This document shows, in pieces, positions 38,999 through 48,596 of a stretch of DNA of 64,000 bases. The position numbers and the translations under genes were made by a program. Numbering within the stretch: the stretch's first letter is position 1; each line of letters starts with the position of its first letter. This stretch comes from Oligoflexales bacterium. GTDB lineage: Bacteria; Bdellovibrionota_B; Oligoflexia; Oligoflexales; CAIYRB01. The stretch is taken from the NCBI GenBank assembly GCA_041736175.1, contig JBGSUI010000148.1, positions 32,001 through 96,000 of the forward strand. The letters run 5' to 3'. A model generated the notes under the pieces. The model had not been told where the DNA came from. It worked only from the letters and a program-made list of their open reading frames with translations, and searched no databases.

Positions 38999-41050
38999 AT
39001 GACTTCCTCTGCCCATAAGCTGGGAGGTGTACAACGAGTTGAAAAAACATCGGACCAACTCCAGGGTAAAGTCGCTGTCTTAGAAACACTCGATGATTTT
39101 ATTCGGACGATGGCCATCCATCCAAAGTTTAGGGCTTTTCAAATCACCACTCGAAACAGTGATATGGTCACCATCAGTCGCGATGGCTTGAGCCAAACCT
39201 ATCTCTTTCATACCTGCTGGGCAAACCTCGAGCGGAGGATGCCCTTTTTAGAGCGGTCGGGCGGCGACAGCCATGCAGTGATCTGTGTGGGGTCGGCAGA
39301 AGAACTCGATGAGTTTCCCGAGGACTTAAGGCGACCCGATATCCAACAACTAGGTGTCCCTATCTCTGAACTTAACCTTCTTTCGGTGATCAATAGCATC
39401 CATAACCTTTTAACTATGGCTCAACATTCCAATGCGGCAGCTCTAGAGATTGAGGAAGCCAATAATAATGTCAAATATATGCTTTCCATCTCTAGGGAGC
39501 TCAACGGTGAGAGGGACATCCCCAAACTCTTGACCATGATTCTTAGCAAAGCCCGCGATATCTGTAGTGCCGATGCGGGTTCGATCTATACCGTGGACTC
39601 GCCGACCCAAAGTGTGAAAGATGGAACGATCCAGTTTAGGTTTACCCAAAATTTTTCTATTAAACAAAATCTCACCGAATTTTCTATGCCGGTCAACGTG
39701 GGGTCGATTGTTGGCAACGTTTGTATCCACGAGTCGACCATCAATATCCCTGACCTTTACAAGCTTTCTCCAGACCATACTAAAAACCCCTATGGTGCCC
39801 GCCATGACCGGACTTGGGATCAGCGCATCGGCTATGAGTCCCACTCGATGCTCGCTGTTCCGATGTTTGATATCAGTCATAATGTGATTGGTGTGATTCA
39901 GCTCATCAATCGCAAAAAAGACCGCGGCGCCAAACTTATCCAGTCTGATCACTTCCGTGACCAGGTAATCCCCTTTGATGAGATCGACCAAGAAGTCGCC
40001 GAGATCGTGGCCCAGCAAGCAGGGATCGCCCTTGAAAATGCCAATATGCAGCAGAATATAAGGGACCTCTTCGATGGATTTGTGAATGCGTCGGTGACCG
40101 CCATCGAACAACGGGATCCTACCACCAGTGGTCATTCCCACCGTGTGGCCCACCTTACTGTAGAGCTCGCCAAGGTGGTCAATCGGATCGACACAGGCAC
40201 CTTTCGCTTGACCCATTTTAACGACGATCAGCTCCAAGAAATTCGCTATGCAAGCCTTCTCCACGATTTTGGCAAACTGGGGGTGCGTGAAAATGTCTTG
40301 GTCAAAGCCAAAAAACTCTACCCTTGGGAGATGGATAAACTCCTGCTGCGCTTTGACCTTATCCGGGCTTCAGTCGAAATCGACTATCTGAAACGGGTGA
40401 TAGAATACCTTCAAAGCCCGGATCATTTTCCCATGGGGGCCAGTGCCCTGACCTTTGAGTTCGAAAAAAACCAAAGGATCTCAGAGCTAGACGACGCGCT
40501 CCGGTTTATCGTCAAAGCGAACGAGCCCACGGTTTTAGAGCAGGGAGGATTTGAACGCCTTAAGGACATCGCAAGCTTGGCCTTTAAGACGCCCCGTGGC
40601 GAAAAATGCAACTACCTCCAATCCGATGAGCTTAAAGCTCTTTCGGTTTCTAGGGGCTCTCTGACCCGTGAAGAGTTTGCAGAGATCCAGAGCCACGTGA
40701 CCCATACCTACGAATTTTTGCGAAAAATCCCCTGGGGGAAAAAGCTTGCCAATGTTCCTCAAATCGCCGCAAAGCACCACGAAAAACTCGATGGCACCGG
40801 TTATCCAACCTCCGCTGAATCAGAGGAGATTCCCCTCCAGACCCGAATGATGACGATCTCCGATATTTTTGACGCTCTCACTGCCTCGGACCGTCCCTAC
40901 AAACGCGCAGTGCCTGTCGACCGAGCTCTGGATATCTTAGAGGTGGAGGTCAAAGCTGGAAAAATCGATGCCCCATTGTTCCAACTTTTTTGTGAATCCA
41001 AAATCTTTGTACCCGTGTTAGATCCCAACTTCCAATTCAGTAAGATCTGA
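38999..41050 (+). CDS. GAF + HD-GYP cyclic-dinucleotide phosphodiesterase
   Basis: GAF (GVIQLINR), TSGHS.RV, LHDFGK, HHEKLDGTGYP, DIFDALT..RPYK. Confidence 0.92.
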   Translation: MTSSAHKLGGVQRVEKTSDQLQGKVAVLETLDDFIRTMAIHPKFRAFQITTRNSDMVTISRDGLSQTYLFHTCWANLERRMPFLERSGGDSHAVICVGSAEELDEFPEDLRRPDIQQLGVPISELNLLSVINSIHNLLTMAQHSNAAALEIEEANNNVKYMLSISRELNGERDIPKLLTMILSKARDICSADAGSIYTVDSPTQSVKDGTIQFRFTQNFSIKQNLTEFSMPVNVGSIVGNVCIHESTINIPDLYKLSPDHTKNPYGARHDRTWDQRIGYESHSMLAVPMFDISHNVIGVIQLINRKKDRGAKLIQSDHFRDQVIPFDEIDQEVAEIVAQQAGIALENANMQQNIRDLFDGFVNASVTAIEQRDPTTSGHSHRVAHLTVELAKVVNRIDTGTFRLTHFNDDQLQEIRYASLLHDFGKLGVRENVLVKAKKLYPWEMDKLLLRFDLIRASVEIDYLKRVIEYLQSPDHFPMGASALTFEFEKNQRISELDDALRFIVKANEPTVLEQGGFERLKDIASLAFKTPRGEKCNYLQSDELKALSVSRGSLTREEFAEIQSHVTHTYEFLRKIPWGKKLANVPQIAAKHHEKLDGTGYPTSAESEEIPLQTRMMTISDIFDALTASDRPYKRAVPVDRALDILEVEVKAGKIDAPLFQLFCESKIFVPVLDPNFQFSKI

Positions 41051-41083
41051 CCTCCACCCCAGTGACTCTTACAATCTACCAGT

Positions 41084-41878
41084 TTAAGCGATAAGATCCA
41101 TAATCAACGCAATCAAATCCTGAATCGCCGCGACGATTCCAGCGACGTCGAGATCCGCAGCAGCCGCAGCTAGGTCAGCAAGAGCCGCAGCGAGATCGGC
41201 GAGGACTGCAGCATCGGCGAGGGCGGGGAGAGCGACCGGAAGTGCGACGGGGAGGGCGGCAGCATTAGCCTTGAGGCCCTTTACGGATTTGATCAGATCA
41301 ACCAAGGTTCCTAAGGCAGCAGGGCCTTGGACAGGTCCCGCAGCCATGGCACCGACTAAAGAGGTCAATCCACCGGTAAGGCTTTGCATCTGTGCAGGGG
41401 TTAGCGCAGCCCCAGAGGACTGCTGCTGGGAGGCGACGGCTTTTGCAATCTCGCTTTCGACTTGAGCTGTGATGGGTGGAGGTGTCGCGGGCTTGGTGTC
41501 CTGGCTCGGGGTTTGGGGGGCCCCAGTCTCTGAAGTCTCTAAAGTCTCTGATGTTACTGGGGTCGATGTGGTGTGATCCACTGGTTTTGAAGAAGCAGGA
41601 GCAGATTCGGAAACAGGTAGAGCTACCGTAGTACCAACAGTTTCTTGTTTTGACATGCCGGACTCCTGTGGGGCGACGGCATCATCAGATGAAGGGGTTT
41701 CACTGGCTTGAGAGGCCACTCTTTTCGGAGTGGGTTGCGAGGTTGTTTCTGAGCGACCTTCGACCACCACTGGAGTCGAGGGTTGGGACGGGTTGGGCGC
41801 ACTAGAAAACTGGGTTTTGTCCCCGCACGACGCGAGGAGCACTGTGAGGCTTGCCGTAAAGATCGTTAGGTTTTTCAT
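41084..41878 (-). CDS. Lipoprotein with Ser/Thr/Pro linker and Ala/Leu/Asp amphipathic C-terminus
   Basis: Lipobox LASC, GGAGG RBS, low-complexity linker. Confidence 0.7.
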   Translation of the reverse strand: MKNLTIFTASLTVLLASCGDKTQFSSAPNPSQPSTPVVVEGRSETTSQPTPKRVASQASETPSSDDAVAPQESGMSKQETVGTTVALPVSESAPASSKPVDHTTSTPVTSETLETSETGAPQTPSQDTKPATPPPITAQVESEIAKAVASQQQSSGAALTPAQMQSLTGGLTSLVGAMAAGPVQGPAALGTLVDLIKSVKGLKANAAALPVALPVALPALADAAVLADLAAALADLAAAAADLDVAGIVAAIQDLIALIMDLIA

Positions 41879-41997
41879 AAGGTCCTCCATAAAATGACCA
41901 AGTGGTGCTTCGGCTCCAACTCAAAAAACTTGAGAGGGATTTCCAAAATCATGGAGAACCACTGTATAACTGATGGTTTGCCCTATGAAAAAACCAG

Positions 41998-43392
41998 CTA
42001 AAAAGAGATCGCCTTATTTTTGTTTAATGTCGCCGTTGGTTTTTCCGGGATGATCAACCTAAGGACATCGAGGACCCCAAACCCGTAGGCGACGGTCGCT
42101 TTTCTCTGGGATGCCAAGAGCACGGACGTCTTGTAGGCTGCCAGCCCCTGTTTGGGATACTCCTGGCTAAAGAGAGCGAGGGCTCCGGTCACATGGGGAG
42201 TGGCCATGGAGGTTCCAGACCACTGGGCGTATTTGTTGCCGGGGAAGGCCGAGACGATGTCTTGGCCAGGAGCGCTGAGGTCGGGTTTAAAAATAGAAAG
42301 GACTTGGTTGTCTACTAGCCAAAGGTTGGGGCCTTGGCTCGAAAAGGCTGCTACTTGCTGTTCGCTGGTGATGGCACCGACGGCCAGAGCTTCAGGCAGA
42401 CCTCCGGGGATTCCATTTGGAAAGGTACCGGAGTTGCCCGCAGCAAACACCGGGACGATCCCCAAGGCACTCCAGGAGGCGATCGCATAGCGGAAATGAC
42501 TGGCCTCTTCGATATCAAAGGGCCCATCGCCTACCAAGTCGGCACCCCAGGAGTTATTGACGAGGTGGGGTTGGTCATCGGATTTGGGGTTGCCATCCGG
42601 ATCGGCGATCCACTGCATCGCTTCGATAAGCTCAGAATCCACACCGGATCCGTCAGCCCCGAAGACCTTGCCGACGATCAGAGAAGCTTCGGGCGCAAAA
42701 CCCGTGTTGACTCCGGCGATTGTACCCGCCACGTGGGTTCCGTGGCCGTGGTCGTCATAGGGATTGCCAAGATGGGCGACGAAATCTCTAAACACTGTTT
42801 GTTGACTGGTCTCTTTAAACTCAGGATGGCGTGACTGGATTCCCGTATCCAAAATCCCTACCCGAACCCCCTTGCCACGGAGGCTTGGTTTAAGACCCCG
42901 TAGGGCATAAAGGCCGGACTGCTCCAGTCCCCAAAGTCTTTCGGCCTCGTTGGTGAGTTCACTTAGGGAGTCGGTGACTTTGAGGTCACCCATGGGGCTG
43001 ATAAACCGCCGCCGCCGGTCTTCGATCACCCGGTGGACCCAGGCTTCGGTTTTAAGGGTTTCCGCCTCTTGGGGGGTGATGTCCACGGTTGCAGCATGGG
43101 CAATCCAAAGGTCCTTAGGCATAGCCTTGGAGGCAGACTTTTTTGAGTTTAGTTTTTGGCTGAGAAGGCGCACATAGTTTTTGTTTATGGACTGGGCTGT
43201 GGTTTGGTATTGCTGCCGGCTTTGGGATGAGATTTTGGCAAAGGATTTAGAGCCTGTTTTAGCTTCCTTAAGCGAGAGAGATTTTTCGCTCCCAGAGTCG
43301 TAGCGAAAGACCACGATATAGGATTTAGCCAAAGCCTCACGGCCTGACATAAAGAGGAGGGTGCTTAAGCAGATATTTCTGAGATTTTTCAT
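41998..43392 (-). CDS. S8 subtilisin-like protease with I9 propeptide
   Basis: ILDTG, HGTHVAG, AAGN, GTSMATPHV. Confidence 0.95.
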   Translation of the reverse strand: MKNLRNICLSTLLFMSGREALAKSYIVVFRYDSGSEKSLSLKEAKTGSKSFAKISSQSRQQYQTTAQSINKNYVRLLSQKLNSKKSASKAMPKDLWIAHAATVDITPQEAETLKTEAWVHRVIEDRRRRFISPMGDLKVTDSLSELTNEAERLWGLEQSGLYALRGLKPSLRGKGVRVGILDTGIQSRHPEFKETSQQTVFRDFVAHLGNPYDDHGHGTHVAGTIAGVNTGFAPEASLIVGKVFGADGSGVDSELIEAMQWIADPDGNPKSDDQPHLVNNSWGADLVGDGPFDIEEASHFRYAIASWSALGIVPVFAAGNSGTFPNGIPGGLPEALAVGAITSEQQVAAFSSQGPNLWLVDNQVLSIFKPDLSAPGQDIVSAFPGNKYAQWSGTSMATPHVTGALALFSQEYPKQGLAAYKTSVLLASQRKATVAYGFGVLDVLRLIIPEKPTATLNKNKAISF

Positions 43393-43405
43393 AAAAAAAA
43401 GTCCT

Positions 43406-44287
43406 TTATGGGGTGAATGAGGGAGTGGCTAAGGCGTCAGGGGAGACGGTCCATGTGGTGGTGGACGAAGAAACCATGCTCGGGGTCTTTAAGGTAAAAG
43501 GCGCTGTAAAAGGGATTTTTTCACCGTTGACGTGAAGGGTCAGGTTACCCTTAAAACCCTGGGGAAAATGATAATCCAGAAACCTGACAAGCTCGCCGCG
43601 GGTTTTTTGGTCCACATTGGTCCGTAGTCCCGTCTGGAGGAGATTGGTCTCAATACGCACTGATTTGTCGGGGGTAAAGGTTTTGGAGCCAAAATCTACG
43701 GCTTTAACCTCGTAACTGATATTGCCGAAGGCATCGAGGTGTCCAGCTTTCAGAAGATTGAATTTAAAGGTTTTCAAATCCATCGCCGCTCCAGTGAGTT
43801 TTTTCGCGGGATTTTTGGTTTCATCTAATTTTTCAGAACTAAAGATACCTTCCTCAGCAAGATTGCGGTCGTCCACCTCGTCAAGGGGTGCCTCGTAGTC
43901 CACGAGAAACATGACGTGTGAATCAGGTGGCACCACGTGTTGGTTGGCTAGGGGAAACGAGATCATCTGCACGACCCCGCCCTGATAAGGGGCTTTGGCG
44001 CGGTAGAGGGTGCCATATTCGTTGGTCCGTACATTGGTGGTGTAGGTTCTTGCATTGGGATAGAGTTTGGTGACGATGGCGCTCACGCCTTTACCTTTGG
44101 GGGTATTGTCGTAGGTGGTTTCATAGACCCAGAGGCCATCTTCCATCAGGACTTCGAGATCGATTTTGCTATAGCCGTTAGTGACGAGTCCCGGTTGTCC
44201 GGGATAGGTTGAAACGGCACAGCTGCTTAAAAAGCCTGGCAAGATTCCATACATCATGCAGCGCATGATTCGAGGTACATGGGACAT
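43406..44287 (-). CDS. Hypothetical lipoprotein, co-transcribed with the subtilase
   Basis: LSSC lipobox; 13-bp gap to the S8 gene. Confidence 0.7.
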   Translation of the reverse strand: MSHVPRIMRCMMYGILPGFLSSCAVSTYPGQPGLVTNGYSKIDLEVLMEDGLWVYETTYDNTPKGKGVSAIVTKLYPNARTYTTNVRTNEYGTLYRAKAPYQGGVVQMISFPLANQHVVPPDSHVMFLVDYEAPLDEVDDRNLAEEGIFSSEKLDETKNPAKKLTGAAMDLKTFKFNLLKAGHLDAFGNISYEVKAVDFGSKTFTPDKSVRIETNLLQTGLRTNVDQKTRGELVRFLDYHFPQGFKGNLTLHVNGEKIPFTAPFTLKTPSMVSSSTTTWTVSPDALATPSFTP

Positions 44288-44375
44288 TAAAGACTCCAAG
44301 TTTAGGGTGGGAGAAGAATAGAAAAATTTTTAGGAGGGGATCAAAAATTGACATAAAACAATAGCGTGTAACCCC

Positions 44376-44404
44376 ATGCTACGCCCCGCTAGAAGGGGCG
44401 TCAA
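44376..44404 (-). promoter_or_regulatory. Sigma-70 promoter with an inverted repeat in the spacer
   Basis: Minus strand TTGACG-ccccttctagcggggcg (17 nt)-TAGCAT. Confidence 0.5.
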
Positions 44405-44460
44405 TGGAGCAAATTGCCTAGTTTTGCGGCGTCAAGCGGCGAATAAACACTGGTTCAAAA

Positions 44461-44498
44461 AGAGAAATGCCCTCTCTGGTTTATAGCCAGAGAGGGCA
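44461..44498 (-). terminator. Rho-independent terminator
   Basis: 12-bp stem TGCCCTCTCTGG/CCAGAGAGGGCA followed by a U-rich tract on the minus strand. Confidence 0.85.
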
Positions 44499-44520
44499 GC
44501 TTAAGACACGGAGATAAACT

Positions 44521-46611
44521 TTACTTTGTGGGAGCCCACCGGGTCGCTTGGGATTCTTTTTCGCCAGTAAATAGGGTCGCACAGGGGTTGGTTTCTGTGG
44601 TAAACACAACCGAGTCTACTGCGAGGGCCGAATCGTAGTAGCTGTCACCAGCGTCGGTGACACCAATCCGCAAGGTGAGTGTCTTGCCTCTTTCCGTAGC
44701 TTCGTCGAGTTTATAGCAGAGAACCCGAGGTTGGATCATCCCAGGATAGCAAGCACCGCTACCACCAGCTTCCGTGCCGCATTTAAAAGTGGCGCCAAGG
44801 GAGGGGCCTTGGTTTGACTTAGCCACATCCCATAGGGCTCCAGTGAGGTTTTTATCACCATCGTTCCAGGTGGTGGTATCCCATTCACCGCAAGCATGGC
44901 TGGCCGCTGCTGCACTGAAAGAAGAGACCTTAGAGCACTCACCAACCTTATCTTTGAGGACGGGGTCGTTGGCTCCTGCTAGGTCATTAAGGGTACCATT
45001 GGCGATAAAGTGGGGGGATTCGTCAAACTTCACATAGAAGCTATCGTTAAAGCTGGTGCCCACGTAGGTTGGGTATTCCATGGAAAAGAAGGCCGTACGG
45101 ATCTGAATGCCCGTGGCGGTTGCTGGAACTTCCACTTTTTGCCAAATTTCAGAGGTTTTGCCGTCTTTGGGATCAAAGAGTGGAACCGAGTATTTGTTAA
45201 AGAGCTGGTTACCCGTGGTCAAGAGACAATACCCGTCGGTGACATCGGGGTTGCGGTTTGTCGCTTCTTTTGTAGCGGCTGCGGCCCCAAAGATTTCGAT
45301 CGCGTTTTGGTTGGTGATGCGGACGTCCCCAAAGAAACGCCAGCCTTTTGCGGCAGTGTAGTCGTCGTAGTTTTTTACGTCGCCTACGAGTCCTTCGGAG
45401 ATTCCTGTTTTGGTGTCGATTGCAGTATAGGTACACCCTAGATTGACTCCGTAACCACTTGCAGGACTAGGCCTGAGAATTGGATTCGCAGGCGTAGGGG
45501 GAGGAGTCGGGGGGTCAACTTTGGCGGTTTCGGTCGCAGCGGGTGGTGCAGGGGGAGTGGTGGGTGGTGCAACGGGTCCTGCCGCCGGAGGAGTGGGAAC
45601 TGGGGGCTCTTCCACTTTGACGGTGGCTGGTGGTGGTGCTGGTGGTGGTGGCTGAACAAAGGTTAGATTAACCACACCGGTTTTCCAGGCACCTAAGAAA
45701 TCGGTGACTTTGTTGTTGACGGTATTAAAGACTTCAAGGGTTTTGCCTTCTTGTCCAAGAGCTTTGCCTTTGGCTCCCACTTGGTCTTTAAACTTGTCGA
45801 GGACTCCGATACAGGGGATTTCCCCTTGGGTCGATGTTGGGGTTCCTGGTGCAGCGGTACCGATATTAGTCGCTGTCGCCGTGATGATACCACCCTGTTT
45901 GCATGCGGTCTCCTCTTGGCTTAGGACTGCCAAGAGAAACTTTCCTTCGGTCGACCCGGAAGTCGTGACAAAAGGTGAGTCTGTGGTGAACACTACAGCG
46001 CCACCATAGGGGGTGGCTGCACTGCCGTCATTCTTTTTAAGGGAGACCACACCGGTCAAATAAGCCAGGCCAGCCTGTCCTTCGCCTTTGACCAGGAGGT
46101 ATTCACCGTCTTGGTTTTTGTTAGCGATCTTAACCCGGTCCTTGTCGTCCAGAAAGGCACCGATCTTTTCGCCGTCGATCACCAATTGTTTCGAATCCGT
46201 CTCATAACGGGCAACGGAGACGATTTCAAATCGGGTAAACTTGTTGGGTCCTACCTCGAAGGTCCTCTTCTTGAGGAGCGAGTAACTAGGGACTTTGCCA
46301 GCCCCTGCCGCAGGAACGTCGAGGGGGATGGGGATCTCCACAGTCTTGCCTAAGTCACCTTTGAACTTGTCGGTGAGCTTAAAGCCTTTGACGATTTTAA
46401 ATTTTGCCATCTTAACGTCGTCCCAACCCGCTTCTTTTTTCATGGTCGCGACCTGGTCGTCCACGAGGATATCGATCCCAAGCGCCTCTTTGAGGGCGGC
46501 CTCTGGATCTTTTATAGCGTCCTTGGCCTTCCCGCAGCCGCCACTCCCACCAAGACACAGGACCGCAGTGCCGAAAATCGACAGCAGTGGTCCTCTCCGT
46601 AAAAACCTCAT
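44521..46611 (-). CDS. Surface lipoprotein with Pro-rich stalk and choice-of-anchor-L-like C-terminal domain
   Basis: GGC lipobox-like; poly-Pro linker; EYPTYVGTSFNDSF and DAGDSYYDSA motifs. Confidence 0.7.
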   Translation of the reverse strand: MRFLRRGPLLSIFGTAVLCLGGSGGCGKAKDAIKDPEAALKEALGIDILVDDQVATMKKEAGWDDVKMAKFKIVKGFKLTDKFKGDLGKTVEIPIPLDVPAAGAGKVPSYSLLKKRTFEVGPNKFTRFEIVSVARYETDSKQLVIDGEKIGAFLDDKDRVKIANKNQDGEYLLVKGEGQAGLAYLTGVVSLKKNDGSAATPYGGAVVFTTDSPFVTTSGSTEGKFLLAVLSQEETACKQGGIITATATNIGTAAPGTPTSTQGEIPCIGVLDKFKDQVGAKGKALGQEGKTLEVFNTVNNKVTDFLGAWKTGVVNLTFVQPPPPAPPPATVKVEEPPVPTPPAAGPVAPPTTPPAPPAATETAKVDPPTPPPTPANPILRPSPASGYGVNLGCTYTAIDTKTGISEGLVGDVKNYDDYTAAKGWRFFGDVRITNQNAIEIFGAAAATKEATNRNPDVTDGYCLLTTGNQLFNKYSVPLFDPKDGKTSEIWQKVEVPATATGIQIRTAFFSMEYPTYVGTSFNDSFYVKFDESPHFIANGTLNDLAGANDPVLKDKVGECSKVSSFSAAAASHACGEWDTTTWNDGDKNLTGALWDVAKSNQGPSLGATFKCGTEAGGSGACYPGMIQPRVLCYKLDEATERGKTLTLRIGVTDAGDSYYDSALAVDSVVFTTETNPCATLFTGEKESQATRWAPTK

Positions 46612-46823
46612 GCCAAACTCCAATAAATGTGTGGTTATTCTTCCCTAAATAAACCGATGAAATATAGTTTGTAAACAGTATAACGCGATTGTTCGCCTCT
46701 GGGATAGGTTTTTTATAAGGTCGCTATATTTGTAGTTTTTTTTGTTGAATGAATGGGTTATACGATGAAATTAGGTGCAGATATTACCCAGCTGCTTAGA
46801 CCCGATTGGAATCAGAATTCAAT

Positions 46824-47453
46824 ATGAATATAAAACAAATTATTTTTGCTTATCAAAATGGCTATTTCCCTATGCCTGACCCCGATACGGGCGAGATCCT
46901 ATGGCTCCAGCCCGATCCCCGAGCGATCATACCCCTCGAAGGTTTCCATGTCTCGCGAAGGTTAGCCCGCAGAATGGGTAAGAGTGGCTGGCAGGTGAGA
47001 TTTGATCAGGATTTCGGCGGGGTCATGGCGGGCTGCCGGGATCGTCCGGACACGTGGATCACCGACGAATTTGTCGAGGCCTATACCAAGCTCCACCGAT
47101 TAGGGGTCGCCCACTCGGTGGAGGTGTTGTGGAACGGGGAGCTTGTCGGTGGGACCTACGGGGTCGCATTAGGGGGAGCTTTTTTTGCTGAGTCGAAGTT
47201 TCACCGGGCGACGGATGCTTCAAAGATCGCCCTCTACGCCCTAGTCGAGCGGATGAAGGAGCAGGGGATGCTGTTGCTAGAGGTGCAGTTTGTGACCGAG
47301 CATCTCAGATCCCTCGGTGCTGTGACAATTTCGAGGGATGAGTACGCCACCAGACTCCAAGAGGCCTTGAGTTTGCCTGTGGATTTCTCCCAGGCAGAGG
47401 ATCGTGAAGCGTTGTTTAGGCCGTCACCTGGGCTTGTGTCTGGACGATCTTGA
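46824..47453 (+). CDS. aat: Leucyl/phenylalanyl-tRNA--protein transferase
   Basis: AY.NGYFPM, PDPRAI, TWIT, AHSVEV, GGAFFAESKF, ASKIAL. Confidence 0.95.
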   Translation: MNIKQIIFAYQNGYFPMPDPDTGEILWLQPDPRAIIPLEGFHVSRRLARRMGKSGWQVRFDQDFGGVMAGCRDRPDTWITDEFVEAYTKLHRLGVAHSVEVLWNGELVGGTYGVALGGAFFAESKFHRATDASKIALYALVERMKEQGMLLLEVQFVTEHLRSLGAVTISRDEYATRLQEALSLPVDFSQAEDREALFRPSPGLVSGRS

Positions 47454-47730
47454 CGATGCTACCTTTGCGCACCGCCCGCAACCCGACCACCGAAAGAGAG
47501 GCCAGAAACAGCTCATAGGCCTCCTCTTGGGAGAGGCGACGGGGAGCGAAGATCTGGATTTTTGAGTTTACAGTGGGCTCCATAATAAAGGCCAATTCAG
47601 TCCAGCGAGCGACGTCTTTAACGATGATGCTGAGGAGGGTAGGTTCAGGGTAGTGCAGGTCCACTGTTTTGGCCTGACCAGTCTCCTCAGGGGAGAGATC
47701 TTGAAGGTTTTCCGGATTTCTAGCGGTCAC
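47416..47730 (-). CDS. Stand-alone secretin (GspD) N0-like domain protein
   Basis: VARWTELAFIMEPTVNSKIQIFAPRRLSQEEAYELFLASLSVVG..V..G.IVKIV matches the GspD N0 pattern. Confidence 0.7.
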   Translation of the reverse strand: MTARNPENLQDLSPEETGQAKTVDLHYPEPTLLSIIVKDVARWTELAFIMEPTVNSKIQIFAPRRLSQEEAYELFLASLSVVGLRAVRKGSIVKIVQTQAQVTA

Positions 47731-47796
47731 TTGGTGTTGCCTTTACAGTTGGTTAAGGGTTGGACCTAGAAAGCCTATATACCAACCCCGTCTCTA

Positions 47797-47823
47797 CCAT
47801 CGGAATCACCAGGAAAAACTTAA
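47797..47823 (-). promoter_or_regulatory. Sigma-28 (FliA)-like promoter
   Basis: Minus strand TTAA-N15-TCCGATGG. Confidence 0.45.
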
Positions 47824-47966
47824 CTATGTTTTATGATTTCCAATAAAAAACCAGGCTGAAGCCGGCATGATGGCGGACCAAGGGTGCAAGTCTGGGCTTG
47901 GAAGTCCGCCCCATCGGTGCCATAAAAGGAGGAGGGTGGAGTCTTAACAGGTGAATCGGGGAGGCA

Positions 47967-48452
47967 ATGGTGGAAACAATAGAAGTGAGTCCCGAGGTTT
48001 CTCACGAATCCCGTCCGACTCAGGGGACCGGCAAGACTTTTAATCTGGATGAAATACCGGTGGGCGAAACCACGCCGGTCCTCACCCAGGAAGACCTCAA
48101 TCGGGTCTTAGCGGCCCATGCCCAGTGGATCGCCGGCGTGTTTGATCTGGACCAGTCTATTCCACCGGGACGAGCCCATCTCACGGGGGTCGATCTGACG
48201 CCTTTTAATCTGAGGTACCGGGATCTCTCGGGCGCCCAGCTTTCCGGGGCGGTGTTGCAGGAGATGGATCTGACGGGTGTCAACCTGACGGCCGCCAACC
48301 TCAACGGTGCCAACCTAGCATGCGCTAACCTCGGCGGTGCCAAGCTGCGCGGAGCTAAACTCCACGGGACGGATCTGAGGGGTGCAGACCTGACGGGGGT
48401 CAGCCTTGCAGGGGTCGATTTAAGCCATGCAATTCTTAAATCGGATCCGTAA
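47967..48452 (+). CDS. Pentapeptide repeat protein
   Basis: A(N/D)LxG repeats. Confidence 0.92.
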   Translation: MVETIEVSPEVSHESRPTQGTGKTFNLDEIPVGETTPVLTQEDLNRVLAAHAQWIAGVFDLDQSIPPGRAHLTGVDLTPFNLRYRDLSGAQLSGAVLQEMDLTGVNLTAANLNGANLACANLGGAKLRGAKLHGTDLRGADLTGVSLAGVDLSHAILKSDP

Positions 48453-48498
48453 TGTGGAGCTAGATGATGTAAAGCCAACAATATCAGAAGATAAAACC

Positions 48499-48525
48499 AA
48501 AGTGTATGATAGCATCATACACTTT
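48499..48525. terminator. Hairpin between convergent genes (possible bidirectional terminator)
   Basis: AAAGTGTATGAT-AGC-ATCATACACTTT. Confidence 0.55.
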
Positions 48526-48596
48526 TGGGTGAAATGTGTCTTCTGAGAATTAACACATGGCATAATATCTATAATACTAATGGGATAAGCCATCTG

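Noticed and set aside
39443..40264. 273-aa antisense ORF, and similar shadow ORFs throughout the track
   Set aside because: Lies opposite a well-supported gene and is explained by codon bias
41955..41985. GGCAAACC on the minus strand resembling a c-di-GMP-I riboswitch
   Set aside because: Lacks the GAAA tetraloop and the GACGCAAAG segment
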